From Candidatus Fermentithermobacillaceae bacterium (GTDB lineage Bacteria; Bacillota; Sulfobacillia; Fermentithermobacillales; Fermentithermobacillaceae), in NCBI GenBank assembly GCA_018052475.1, contig JAGPNG010000008.1:11885-75884 (forward strand): a stretch of 64,000 nucleotides of DNA, given 5' to 3'. Position numbers and translations under genes: made by a program. The notes beneath the pieces are model-generated. The model ran no database searches, was not told the DNA's origin, and was given only the letters and a program-made list of their open reading frames with translations. Of this stretch, positions 44,841 to 54,969 are shown piece by piece. How positions within the stretch are numbered: the stretch's first letter is position 1; each line of letters begins with the position of its first letter.

Positions 44841-47600
44841 ATGTCCATTCTAAAGAATCTGTTTAACGCCAATGACCGGGAGCTGCGAAAAATAAGCCCA
44901 ATCGTCGATTCGGTAGGAAGATTTGAGCCGGTTTTGGAGCGAGCTTCCGACGGAGACCTCCAAGGTAAGACCAGAGAGTTCCGGGAACGCATATCCAGAG
45001 GTGAGCCGCTGGATAAAATACTGCCCGAGGCTTTTGCCGTCGTCAGAGAAGTTTCCAAACGCGTGCTCGATATGAGGCACTTTGACGTTCAGATAATAGG
45101 CGGTGTTGTTCTTCATCAGGGACGTATTGCGGAGATGCAAACGGGAGAAGGAAAAACGCTCGTAGCTACTCTCCCGACTTATCTGAACGCCTTAGGAGGC
45201 GCTACCGTCCACGTAGTTACGGTCAACGACTATCTGGCAAAGCGAGATAGAGAGTGGATGGGTCAGATTTACAGGTTCTTGGGCTTAGATGTAGGACTTG
45301 TAATCCCGGGAATGGAAGTTGCTCAGAAGAAGGATTCTTATTCATGCCCTATCATCTATGGTACGAATACGGAATTCGGTTTTGACTATCTTAGAGATAA
45401 CATGGCTTGGCGCAAGGAGGATCTCGTTCAAAGCCCTCTAAACTACGCTGTAATCGATGAGGTTGATTCAATTCTGATAGATGAGGCAAGAACCCCTCTC
45501 ATAATTTCAGGCCGAGGAGAGGGCACTACAGACAAGTATATAAGATTTAGGGATCTGGCTCGCACGCTAAAAAGGGATAACCATTACACAATAGATGAGA
45601 AAGCTAAGACGATCGTATTGACCGATGAAGGGATCAAAAAAACAGAGGAATGGTTGGGCATAGAGGATCTTTCCGATGAAAACAACATAGGGTTGGAGCA
45701 TTATGTTAAGCAGGCCCTAAGGGCAAAAGAGCTAATGCATCGAGATGTTGACTACGTGGTGAAAAACGGAGAGGTTCTAATAGTAGATGAGTTTACCGGT
45801 CGCATTCTTGAAGGTAGGAGATTTTCAGATGGGCTTCATCAGGCAATTGAAGCCAAAGAAGGAGTAAACATAAAAGAAGAAAGCGATACGCTCGCTACTA
45901 TCACAGTGCAAAACTTCTTCAGGATGTATGACAAACTTTCCGGCATGACAGGAACCGCTGCCACTGAAGAACCGGAGTTTGTAGAAATATACGGTTTGGA
46001 TGTTGTGTCTATTCCACCGAATAAGGCTCTGGTAAGGACGAATATGCCCGATTCTATTTGGAAAACAGCAGACGCCAAGTTCAAAGCTGTTGTTGAAGAA
46101 ATTGCTCACATGCATGAAATTGCCAGGCCCGTTCTTGTGGGCACGCGTTCGGTGGAAAAATCAGAGATGCTATCTTCTATGCTCAAAAGAAGAGGGATCG
46201 ACCATGAAGTCCTCAACGCTAAGCATCACGAACGGGAAGCGGAAATAGTGGCCCAGGCAGGAAGAAAAGGTGCGGTGACCATTGCAACCAACATGGCCGG
46301 GCGGGGAACTGACATCCTACTAGGTGGCAATCCTGACTTCATGACGCGTTCGGCTCTTAGAAAAGAAGGCTATGATCCTGAAGTGGTATCTATCGCCTCG
46401 GAGAAGGTGCTGCCCCAAGCAATACTTGCAAAGGTAGACGAGGGCACACAAGATGAGCGCATTAATGTGATTCTTGAGGCGAGAAGCAGATACAAGGAAC
46501 TCTTTGAGCAGTTCAAAAGTCAGACAGATGAAGAGCATGACGAGGTAGTGTCTTTGGGCGGACTCCATGTTCTTGGAACAGAGCGCCACGAAGCTCGGCG
46601 TATAGATAACCAGTTAAGAGGCAGAGCGGGTAGACAAGGAGACCCGGGCTCGTCGAGGTTCTATCTTTCGTTGGATGATGAGCTTATGCGGCTGTTTGGA
46701 GGGGACCTCATAAGTAACGTTATGGAAAAGGTAGGATTCTCAGAGGACGAGCCTATAGAGCACCCATTGATCACCAAGTCTGTGGAAACAGCCCAGAAAC
46801 GCATTGAGGCGCACAACTTTTCTATAAGGAAGAATGTACTCGAATACGACAATGTTCTGAACAAACAGCGTGAAGTCATATACGCTCAGAGACGCCAGGT
46901 ACTTGAACTTGATGATCTTTCTGATATTCTGCGGAGTATGATTACGAGGACAGTAGAAACGGGCTTTGATGCATTTTGGAATCCGGGCGAAAGGAACCAC
47001 GAGGCAGATATAGACGGGCTTGTTTCTTATCTCAAAGAGCTAATGCCTGCCGTAGATTTCAGAAAAGTTCTGGATTCTGCCAGTTCCAGAGTTGCTGCAC
47101 TAGAAGCCGTCATGCAGGTTTTCGACCAAGGATACAAAGAGAAAGCGGAGATGCTGGGGCCGAACTTCAACGAGGTGCAGCGGCTCATCCTTCTTAGGGT
47201 AGTTGATCAAAAGTGGATAGACCAGTTGCGTGCCATGGAGGGTCTTCGGGAAGGGATAGGACTGAGGGCGTATGGTCAGAGAGATCCTTTACTTGAATAT
47301 CAAAAAGAAGGGTATGAGCTGTTTCAGAACATGATTCAAAATATAGAGAAAGATACAGTTTCCTATCTCTACAGAGTAACTGTATCCAAGCAAAAAGGCC
47401 CCGGATCCACAAAAGATGGTCAAGGAGCCTCGGGGCCGGTAAGAGTAATAAGACTTAGCGGGGCTCAATCTCAAGATACAACTGAAGGCGGACAGCCAAG
47501 ATCTGCCCCGCTTAAGTCCGGGAAAAAAGTAGGCCGAAATGATCCCTGTCCGTGCGGTAGCGGAAAAAAGTATAAGAATTGTTGCGGAAAACTTGGATAA
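44841..47600 (+). CDS. secA: Preprotein translocase ATPase SecA.
   Basis: MSILKNLF...; DEAD-like motor motifs (MQTGEGKTLVATL, DEVDSILIDEARTPLIISG); C-terminal Zn finger CPCGSGKKYKNCCG. The ATG at 44841 lies 6 nt after GGAG. Confidence 0.95.
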   Translation: MSILKNLFNANDRELRKISPIVDSVGRFEPVLERASDGDLQGKTREFRERISRGEPLDKILPEAFAVVREVSKRVLDMRHFDVQIIGGVVLHQGRIAEMQTGEGKTLVATLPTYLNALGGATVHVVTVNDYLAKRDREWMGQIYRFLGLDVGLVIPGMEVAQKKDSYSCPIIYGTNTEFGFDYLRDNMAWRKEDLVQSPLNYAVIDEVDSILIDEARTPLIISGRGEGTTDKYIRFRDLARTLKRDNHYTIDEKAKTIVLTDEGIKKTEEWLGIEDLSDENNIGLEHYVKQALRAKELMHRDVDYVVKNGEVLIVDEFTGRILEGRRFSDGLHQAIEAKEGVNIKEESDTLATITVQNFFRMYDKLSGMTGTAATEEPEFVEIYGLDVVSIPPNKALVRTNMPDSIWKTADAKFKAVVEEIAHMHEIARPVLVGTRSVEKSEMLSSMLKRRGIDHEVLNAKHHEREAEIVAQAGRKGAVTIATNMAGRGTDILLGGNPDFMTRSALRKEGYDPEVVSIASEKVLPQAILAKVDEGTQDERINVILEARSRYKELFEQFKSQTDEEHDEVVSLGGLHVLGTERHEARRIDNQLRGRAGRQGDPGSSRFYLSLDDELMRLFGGDLISNVMEKVGFSEDEPIEHPLITKSVETAQKRIEAHNFSIRKNVLEYDNVLNKQREVIYAQRRQVLELDDLSDILRSMITRTVETGFDAFWNPGERNHEADIDGLVSYLKELMPAVDFRKVLDSASSRVAALEAVMQVFDQGYKEKAEMLGPNFNEVQRLILLRVVDQKWIDQLRAMEGLREGIGLRAYGQRDPLLEYQKEGYELFQNMIQNIEKDTVSYLYRVTVSKQKGPGSTKDGQGASGPVRVIRLSGAQSQDTTEGGQPRSAPLKSGKKVGRNDPCPCGSGKKYKNCCGKLG

Positions 47601-47671
47601 CGGCGCAAAATGTCGTATTATTCATGTTTGGGAATAGGTCACAGGTACCGTAACTAGCGGAGGGAATGATT

Positions 47672-48785
47672 ATGTACGAAGAAGTAATAAGTGAATTGGA
47701 GTCTTTAAGAGAAAGACTGGCAAATATCGGGAGGTCTCTTTGACCCTGTTAAGTTATCCATGGAGTTGGCGGATCTAAATGCCAAAATGCAAGACCCTTC
47801 AGTGTGGGAAGATCGTAGGCGAGCGCAATCAATCGGCAGACGAATAAGCCATATCGAAAACAAACTAAACACATTCAACGATCTCAAGACCCAGGTAGAA
47901 GACAGCATTTCCATAGCTGTTTTGGCCGAAGAAGAAGGCGACATATCGCTTCTAGAAGATCTGAAGCAAACGGCGCAGGAATTGTCTGAAAAGATCCACG
48001 ACCTAGAATTTGAAACCTTGTTTTCTGGCCCGTATGATTCGAGAGATGCCATAGTTACCCTGCATGCCGGAGCAGGCGGTACAGAGGCGATGGATTGGGT
48101 TGAGATGCTCTACAGAATGTACTCTAGATGGGTTGAGCGTAAGGGATTCGAACTGGAGACTCTTGATATGTTACCTGGTGAGGAAGCCGGACTGAAAAGC
48201 GTGAGCTTTTCTGTTAGGGGCGACCACGCATATGGTTTTTTGCGCCCCGAAAAGGGCGTGCACAGGCTGGTAAGGATCTCTCCTTTCGATTCAAATCAGA
48301 GGAGGCACACTTCGTTTGCATCTGTGGACGTGTTGCCCGAGATTGAGGCCGAAGAAGAAGTAGACATCGACCCAGATGAGATCAAGATAGACACATATAG
48401 GTCCTCAGGCGCAGGTGGCCAGCACGTTAACAAGACTGATTCCGCGGTTAGGATCACGCATATTCCTACAGGCATTGTCGTTACATGCCAAAACGAGCGT
48501 TCTCAGCACTCTAATAAGCTCGTGGCAATGAGGGTCTTAAAAGCCAAACTTTTGGCCCTCAAAGAGGAAGAAAGACTAAAAGAGATTGAAAACCTTAGGG
48601 GTCCGCAAAAAGAGATTACATGGGGAAGTCAGATTAGGTCATATGTCTTTCAGCCGTACACGCTGGTTAAAGACCACCGCACAGGCTTGGAGATAACCAA
48701 CGTGGAACGTGTTATGGATGGCGATATAGACGACTTCATATATGCCAAACTGCGGCAAGATGCCGAACGGGCGGCAGACGGATAA
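47672..48785 (+). CDS. prfB: Peptide chain release factor 2, made by a programmed +1 ribosomal frameshift: join(47672..47740, 47742..48785).
   Basis: Frame-0 ORF MYEEVISELESLRERLANIGRSL ends at the in-frame UGA at 47741-47743 within CTT TGA C. This is preceded by the internal SD-like GGGAGG. The +1 frame continues DPVKLSMELADLNAK..., with the RF2 motifs SPF and GGQHVNKTDSAVR. Confidence 0.9.
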
Positions 48786-48818
48786 CACACATCAAAACCT
48801 ACGGAAGGTGGTTCTGAA

Positions 48819-49238
48819 ATGCCAAGGAGATACCTGATATGTTTGGTGATATTGGCAGTGCTAGGCGCGTTTTCAGTTGGGTGGTTTGGTAGGGGATTAG
48901 TTTTCGCTGGTAGCACAGTTTTACCCGGGAGCGAGGACGATCCGTTGGTATCAAGGTCCTACGTAGATTCAATGATGAAGATGAACGTAGTTGAACTTTC
49001 TTCCGGGCAGAGCCTTATCGGGTATTCTGGGACAGAGATCATTCTCAGATCAGGAGCTGCTACCGTAATAGATTCCGAACTTGGTGGGTTGTGCGACTTC
49101 ACTGCCGGTTCTGACCTGGCAAAAGGTACCGAAGTGCCAAGAAATCACCTGCTTTTGGTTCCAAGGGATGACGGCAGAGGGATAAAGGTTACTTCCGACG
49201 CGTTTATTATGGTGCGAGGCAAGTTTGACATAAGATAG
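48819..49238 (+). CDS. Hypothetical exported or membrane-anchored protein.
   Basis: 139 aa with an N-terminal hydrophobic segment (YLICLVILAVLGAFSVGWF); no recognisable family. Confidence 0.5.
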   Translation: MPRRYLICLVILAVLGAFSVGWFGRGLVFAGSTVLPGSEDDPLVSRSYVDSMMKMNVVELSSGQSLIGYSGTEIILRSGAATVIDSELGGLCDFTAGSDLAKGTEVPRNHLLLVPRDDGRGIKVTSDAFIMVRGKFDIR

Positions 49239-49296
49239 AAAGTCATCATTAGGTATAAGTTCATGTGATTTTTTCAGGCGGTGGTTACGGGCAGGT

Positions 49297-50391
49297 CTAT
49301 ATGTGGTCTAGGTGACGTAAAACGATGTTTATGTTTTCTTCGGCAAGCGAGGAGAACACCGGTAGTTTTTCATTCAGCGATCTTCTATACATATCGCCAT
49401 CTCGGATTAAGGCAAAAAATTCTTTTACGATGTCGAAGTTGGGGTATTTCGCCGGATATGGGAGAACCGGACAACCCGCTGTCCTGCAAAATGCGCTAAT
49501 CTTAGGGTCTATATCTACCCCAACAAATGGGACTCCCACTCTAGATGATAGTATTAAAGTGTGCAATCGCATCCCTAGGCAGAATTGGCCGACCGCAAGG
49601 ATCCCGAGAGCATCTACGGGCGTGATATTTGAGACAACCGGCAATGGATCCATATTCATGGCTGCGATATCTTGGTTCAATTTTGTGGTCAAAGCCAAAT
49701 CTCTTTCTTGCATCGCAAGAAAGCACGGCGATAGGCCATCTTGTCTCATCTCAGATACTAATGTCGTGATTTGATCGTAAAACCAAGCCGGAGCGTTTAT
49801 ATCTTTTAAGGCAATCCATACGATGTCTTGCTGTCCGTTTACTCCATGAGATTCAAGGATTTTCTTTGCCAGATCGTCTGGCGCAGGCTCCAAAAGAAAA
49901 GCTGGGTCAGCCGTTACCTTTATGTCCCGAGTTACGCCGAGCCTCAATAGTTCCTCTTTGGACTCACTATCTCTTACTGTTATGTCTTTTACTTTCCTCA
50001 TAGCCCGCTTTGTAAGTAACCTGCCAAGACGAGAGTTTATTGGCCCAATCCCGTTTGCGTATACTACCACGGGTTTATTGTAAAAGCATGATAGGTGTAT
50101 TATCGAAAGGTAGTACAAAAGAGATCTGAAAGAAGTAGCGTCTTGTAGCAGACTTCCGCCGCCAAAGATCACTAGATCCGATTTTCGTACGGCCTTTCTT
50201 ACTTCGTTCATGGACATTCTGGGGTAAGATTCTACGCCATATGCCGCGCTAGTCTCCTCAGGATGTTGAGAAAGGACCATGATATCGAGGTCAGGTCTGG
50301 CCTTTCTCAAAGCTTCGACAGTAGACGCTAGAATGGCTTCGTCGCCTATGTTTCCAAAACCGTAATACCCGGAAAGGAGAACTTTTCTCAC
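49297..50391 (-). CDS. csaB: Polysaccharide pyruvyl transferase CsaB.
   Basis: MRKVLLSGYYGFGNIGDEAIL is the canonical CsaB N-terminus; 364 aa. Confidence 0.85.
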   Translation of the reverse strand: MRKVLLSGYYGFGNIGDEAILASTVEALRKARPDLDIMVLSQHPEETSAAYGVESYPRMSMNEVRKAVRKSDLVIFGGGSLLQDATSFRSLLYYLSIIHLSCFYNKPVVVYANGIGPINSRLGRLLTKRAMRKVKDITVRDSESKEELLRLGVTRDIKVTADPAFLLEPAPDDLAKKILESHGVNGQQDIVWIALKDINAPAWFYDQITTLVSEMRQDGLSPCFLAMQERDLALTTKLNQDIAAMNMDPLPVVSNITPVDALGILAVGQFCLGMRLHTLILSSRVGVPFVGVDIDPKISAFCRTAGCPVLPYPAKYPNFDIVKEFFALIRDGDMYRRSLNEKLPVFSSLAEENINIVLRHLDHI

Positions 50392-50593
50392 ACTTCCGCA
50401 CCTCGTTTTCTTGCATGGTCCAGGTTATAATTCATTATTTACAGCACAAATATTAAATCAAGTCTTTTTGAATCATAACAAAAAAGGATACCCTTAAGGA
50501 AGGGTGGTATCTCCAAACAGGTATTGGGCAGAAAGAGTCGAAGTTGGATCACGAAAACTGTCTCCGTGTTACACTGAAAAGGGTGAGGTTAGG

Positions 50594-51313
50594 TTGGCCG
50601 ATATTCTTGGAGTCGAGTTTATTCCTATTACGCTTCAGGGAGCGTTAAGCACTATAGAAGGTATGTTCTCTCAGAACGACGGTCGTACAAAGATCATTGT
50701 CACGGCTAATCCCATAATGGTGATGACTGCTCAAAGGGATGCTGAGTTTATGCAGATACTCCAATCCGCCGATCTAATCGTTCCCGACGGTGTGGGAATC
50801 CTTTGGGCGGCTCGCAGGAAGGGCGTGGATTTGCCTGACAGGGTAACAGGTGTAGAATTGGCTTATGGATTGCTAGGTTCAGAAGTCTCGCCTAAGGTTT
50901 TCTTCCTTGGCGGGAAAGAAGGAGTAGCAGAGAAAGCGGCTCAAAAGGCTAGCGAACTATTCCCCGGAGTTAGGATATCCGGGACCCATCACGGGTATTT
51001 TTCCTCGGATGAGGAGCCTAGAATCGTACGGGATATTAGGGAAACAGAATCTGACCTCTTGCTTTGTGCCATGGGTTCTCCTAAGCAGGAGAAATTTATA
51101 TGGAAGTATAAAAATGAACTGGGTGCCAAAGTAGGCATAGGAGTAGGCGGGGTTTTTGATGTATTGGCAGGCGAGAAGAAGAGAGCACCTGAGATAATAC
51201 AGAATCTAGGTTTGGAATGGTTGTACCGGCTGATTCTGGAACCGGGCAGGATTAAACAGGATGCTTTGCTTTTTGAGTTTGCACTTAGGATCCTTTTGAG
51301 CGGCAAAGAGTAA
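50594..51313 (+). CDS. tagA: WecB/TagA/CpsF-family glycosyltransferase (N-acetylmannosaminyltransferase TagA-like).
   Basis: ILGVEFIPITLQGALSTIEGM ... LIVPDGVGILWAARRKG match TagA-family motifs. The start was set at the TTG at 50594, 5 nt after GGGTGAGG; the ORF track begins at 50504. Confidence 0.75.
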   Translation: MADILGVEFIPITLQGALSTIEGMFSQNDGRTKIIVTANPIMVMTAQRDAEFMQILQSADLIVPDGVGILWAARRKGVDLPDRVTGVELAYGLLGSEVSPKVFFLGGKEGVAEKAAQKASELFPGVRISGTHHGYFSSDEEPRIVRDIRETESDLLLCAMGSPKQEKFIWKYKNELGAKVGIGVGGVFDVLAGEKKRAPEIIQNLGLEWLYRLILEPGRIKQDALLFEFALRILLSGKE

Positions 51314-51345
51314 AAAAGGGAAAAGGCAAGATGGAGGGCTAGACG

Positions 51346-52200
51346 ATGCAGGAATCCCCAATCGAGAGCACAGAGAAGATAGTTCGGTTAGTAAAAGAAA
51401 AGGCAAGAGAAATTAGGGTCAATGTAATACAGATGACATCTAAAGCGGGCTCGGGTCATCCCGGCGGGTCTTTGTCATCGGCAGATATATTGAGCACGCT
51501 GTATTTTGGCGGGGTGCTCAACGTAAAGCCTGATGAGCCTCTATGGCCCGATAGAGACAGGTTCATTCTTTCCAAAGGTCATGCTGCCCCGGCGCTGTAT
51601 GCGGTTTTGGCTGAGAAAGGTTTCTTTTCAAAAGATCTCTTGCCAACACTCAGGCAGTTAGGTTCGCCCCTGCAAGGGCATCCGGACTGCCGCAAAGTGC
51701 CTGGTGTAGAAGTCTCAACAGGTTCCTTGGGTCAGGGCCTGTCGATGGGAGTTGGAATGGCTCTTTCGGGCAAATTGGATAGTAAGGAATACAGAGTTTG
51801 GGTATTGTTAGGAGATGGCGAATGCCAGGAGGGTCAAGTCTGGGAGGCTGCGATGGCAGGTCATCACTACGGACTAGATAATCTTGTGGCAATAGTGGAT
51901 CACAATCACCTTCAGATAGATGGCAGGATTGAGGATGTAATGTGCCCAGAGCCTTTGTCTGAGAAGTTTGAAGCATTTGGTTGGAACGTGCTTTCGGCAG
52001 ACGGACACAATCCTATCGATCTTCTCAATGCTTTTGGCAAGGCCCGAATGACCAAAGGGCGCCCCTCGGTTGTAATTGCCGAGACTGTAAAGGGCAAGGG
52101 AGTGAGTTTCATGGAGAACAAGAAAGAATGGCATGGAAAAGCTCCGAGTCCACAAGAAGCAGCGAAAGCGATTGAAGAATTGATGAGCCGAGAAATCTAA
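51346..52200 (+). CDS. Transketolase, N-terminal (TPP-binding) subunit.
   Basis: GSGHPGGSLSSADIL and LGDGECQEGQVWEA TPP motifs; 284 aa; followed directly by the C-terminal subunit gene. Confidence 0.9.
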   Translation: MQESPIESTEKIVRLVKEKAREIRVNVIQMTSKAGSGHPGGSLSSADILSTLYFGGVLNVKPDEPLWPDRDRFILSKGHAAPALYAVLAEKGFFSKDLLPTLRQLGSPLQGHPDCRKVPGVEVSTGSLGQGLSMGVGMALSGKLDSKEYRVWVLLGDGECQEGQVWEAAMAGHHYGLDNLVAIVDHNHLQIDGRIEDVMCPEPLSEKFEAFGWNVLSADGHNPIDLLNAFGKARMTKGRPSVVIAETVKGKGVSFMENKKEWHGKAPSPQEAAKAIEELMSREI

Positions 52201-52251
52201 CTCGTGCTATGTTGTATCTACCGAATTAATGTTCAAGAGGGTGAAGGGAGA

Positions 52252-53262
52252 ATGTCCGAGGTATCGGAGATGAAAGCAACAAGGGACGCTTACGGTGAAA
52301 CCCTAGTTGAATTGGGCAAGGAGAATCCTGATATTTGTGTTCTTGACGCAGACTTGTCTTCCTCTACAAAAACATCTGAATTTGCAAGAGCGTTTCCTGA
52401 GCGGTTTTTTAACGTGGGAATAGCCGAAGCCAATATGATGGGAATAGCGGCGGGGCTTGCACGGTCGGGGAAGATCCCGTTTGTGTCGACGTTTGCTGTA
52501 TTTGCAAGTGGCAGGGCATACGATCAAGTGCGGCAATCCATCGCCTATCCTGGTTTCAATGTGAAGATAGTGGCGTCTCACGGGGGACTTACTGTAGGCC
52601 CTGATGGGGCATCTCATCAAGCCTTGGAGGATATTGCTCTTATGAGGGTGATCCCCGGTATGGTCGTCATAGTGCCCTGCGACGCCCGGGAAACGCACCT
52701 TGCTGTAAGAGCGGCTGCTGCCTATGAAGGGCCGGTCTATATTAGGCTGGGCAGGGAGAAGGTGTCTCCCATACTTAAGCCAAATCATAGTTTTGAAATC
52801 GGAAAAGGGACAGTCCTATGGCCTCAATTGTCAGAAGGTTCCATCGATGACCTTATAGAGAGGAAACCCCGTTCAAATCCAGATGAGGTACTTTTCGACG
52901 TCTGTTTTGTAGCGTGTGGGGTTACGGTTCTGCCTGCTTTGCAAGCTGCTCAGACTCTTGAAGACGAAGGGATATCATGTCTTTTGATAGATATGGCGTG
53001 CGTAAAACCTATCGACGTAGAGTTGCTAAGGAAAGCGGCTGCTTGCAGTCGGATGATTATAACTTGTGAGGAACATAACATAATCGGCGGTCTAGGCAGC
53101 GCAGTATGCGAAACACTGAGTAGGATCCATCCTATGCCTGTGATGCGTCTGGGTGTAAACGATGAATTTGGGCAGTCGGGTTCGGCTAAGGAACTTATGC
53201 AAGCCTATGGACTTACGGCCGAGAAGTTCTGTGAAGAAGCAAGGGCCTTTCTTCGAACCTGA
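52252..53262 (+). CDS. Transketolase, C-terminal (pyrimidine-binding / C-terminal domain) subunit.
   Basis: MSEVSEMKATRDAYGETLVELG; the ATG at 52252 follows SD GAGGGTGAAGGGAG; 336 aa. Confidence 0.9.
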   Translation: MSEVSEMKATRDAYGETLVELGKENPDICVLDADLSSSTKTSEFARAFPERFFNVGIAEANMMGIAAGLARSGKIPFVSTFAVFASGRAYDQVRQSIAYPGFNVKIVASHGGLTVGPDGASHQALEDIALMRVIPGMVVIVPCDARETHLAVRAAAAYEGPVYIRLGREKVSPILKPNHSFEIGKGTVLWPQLSEGSIDDLIERKPRSNPDEVLFDVCFVACGVTVLPALQAAQTLEDEGISCLLIDMACVKPIDVELLRKAAACSRMIITCEEHNIIGGLGSAVCETLSRIHPMPVMRLGVNDEFGQSGSAKELMQAYGLTAEKFCEEARAFLRT

Positions 53263-53389
53263 TGGCAGTTTTTTTCATAAAGGCGCGTATTAGCCGTTTG
53301 TGGGAACAGGATGTGCCGAAATTGTGTCGAATACTAGTATACAAGCACAGAGGCAGTTTTTGTTGCGGTGTGACGGTAGGTGACTATTT

Positions 53390-54070
53390 TTGATTAGCTT
53401 GAGGAATGTGTCCAAAGATTATGGGGGTAGCACCAAAGCTCTTGAATCGGTAACTCTTGCCATAGAAAAGGGCGAGTTTGTATTTATCGTGGGTCCGAGC
53501 GGCGCAGGTAAGTCTACTCTCATAAAACTATTGTACAGAGAAGAAACACCGTCTACTGGTCAAGTTGTGGTATTGGGAAAAGACTTGGCGAAGCTCCGGC
53601 GAAGGGAGATTCCTTTTCTTAGACGGCGCATAGGTGTGGTATTCCAAGACTTCAAACTGCTTGAGGATAAGACTGTCGGAGAGAACATATCCTTTGCTCT
53701 GGAAGTTACGGGCACACCGACACGCGAGATCAAGAAAAGAGTCGCTCAAGTTCTGAATTTAGTTGGCTTAAAGGATAGGAGAGACGCCTATCCCAATGAG
53801 TTATCCGGGGGAGAGCAGCAGAGAATTGCCATTGCCAGGGCGCTTGTCCGAAATCCCGATGTTCTTTTGGCAGATGAACCTTCCGGCAATTTGGATCCCA
53901 AGACGGCTCATGAGATTTTTAGCCTTCTCGAGCGTGCCAACATGTACGGCACGACTGTTGTAGTCGCGACTCATGCACAGGATATGGTTAACCTCTTGAA
54001 GAAGAGAGTGATCGAACTCAGAAACGGCACAGTTGTACGTGACGAGAGAAGAGGGGCGTATAGTTCTTGA
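53390..54070 (+). CDS. ftsE: Cell-division ABC transporter ATP-binding protein.
   Basis: MISLRNVSKDYGG, Walker A GPSGAGKST, LSGGEQQRIAIARAL signature, and Walker B LLADEP; TTG start. Confidence 0.9.
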   Translation: MISLRNVSKDYGGSTKALESVTLAIEKGEFVFIVGPSGAGKSTLIKLLYREETPSTGQVVVLGKDLAKLRRREIPFLRRRIGVVFQDFKLLEDKTVGENISFALEVTGTPTREIKKRVAQVLNLVGLKDRRDAYPNELSGGEQQRIAIARALVRNPDVLLADEPSGNLDPKTAHEIFSLLERANMYGTTVVVATHAQDMVNLLKKRVIELRNGTVVRDERRGAYSS

Positions 54071-54951
54071 GGTTCATAGGATATGTATTCTCTGAGGCTT
54101 TTAGGAGCCTATGGCGCAGCAAACTTTCGTCATTTCTTTCGTCTTTAACAACAGGTTTTGCGCTATTTCTGCTTGGCATCAGTTTCTTGGTTAGCGTTAA
54201 CTTAGGATACATTTACACCGTGGCGGAGCAGCAAATGGAAATCCAGGCCTATATAATAAAAGATGCCACGGCTGAACAGATTTCTACGGCAGTTGAGCGT
54301 GTGCAAGGAATTCCCGGTGTTAGCACTGTAAAGTATGTGAGCAAAGAAGATGCTCTTGAAGAGTTGAAATTGATGTTCAAAGATAAGGCGTCTGTGCTTG
54401 ATTCTTTGAAGGAAGAGAATCCTTTGCCTGCAAGCATAAGGGTGAAAACTACCGGCGTGGATGAAATCGATGCCGTTGTGGCTGAAATTCAGACTCTTGA
54501 TATCATAGACGATGTTATCTACCAAGAAGAAGTCTCGAGGCGAATGATGTCAATCGGTCGGGCTATTCAGTATGTGTCTCTCGGAGGTATGGTTGCAGTA
54601 GGGGCAGTCTCTATAATGGTTATAGGGAATTCAATCAGACTGACAATCGATTCCAGGCGGCACGAAATTGCGGTGATGAAACTTGTGGGTGCTACCGATG
54701 GATTCGTTGTGGGGCCCTTTATACTCGAAGGAGTAGTAATAGGTATAGTTGGGAGCATTTTGGGTACCTTCTTTGCAGTTGGCATTTACAATTGGCTCTC
54801 TGAGAGACTCTATGAATTCATACCATTTATGCCTATGTATGTGCTGGATACCCAGTCAAAACTGCAGATGTTTGGAATAATGGCGATCACCGGAATTGTA
54901 GTCGGTGCGGCGGGTTCGGTCCTTTCAGTCCGAAGACATTTGAAAGTGTAG
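54067..54951 (+). CDS. ftsX: Cell-division ABC transporter permease.
   Basis: 294 aa; 4-TM FtsX topology with a large extracellular loop; overlaps the ftsE stop. Confidence 0.85.
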   Translation: MRFIGYVFSEAFRSLWRSKLSSFLSSLTTGFALFLLGISFLVSVNLGYIYTVAEQQMEIQAYIIKDATAEQISTAVERVQGIPGVSTVKYVSKEDALEELKLMFKDKASVLDSLKEENPLPASIRVKTTGVDEIDAVVAEIQTLDIIDDVIYQEEVSRRMMSIGRAIQYVSLGGMVAVGAVSIMVIGNSIRLTIDSRRHEIAVMKLVGATDGFVVGPFILEGVVIGIVGSILGTFFAVGIYNWLSERLYEFIPFMPMYVLDTQSKLQMFGIMAITGIVVGAAGSVLSVRRHLKV

Positions 54952-54969
54952 TCGTTAGGGGGTTTTGCG

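Noticed and set aside
50590-50603. GCCGATAT, a perfect sigma-D -10 sequence.
   Set aside because: It lies inside the tagA start region, has no TAAA -35 at the right spacing, and is part of the coding sequence (LADILG). It is a chance match.
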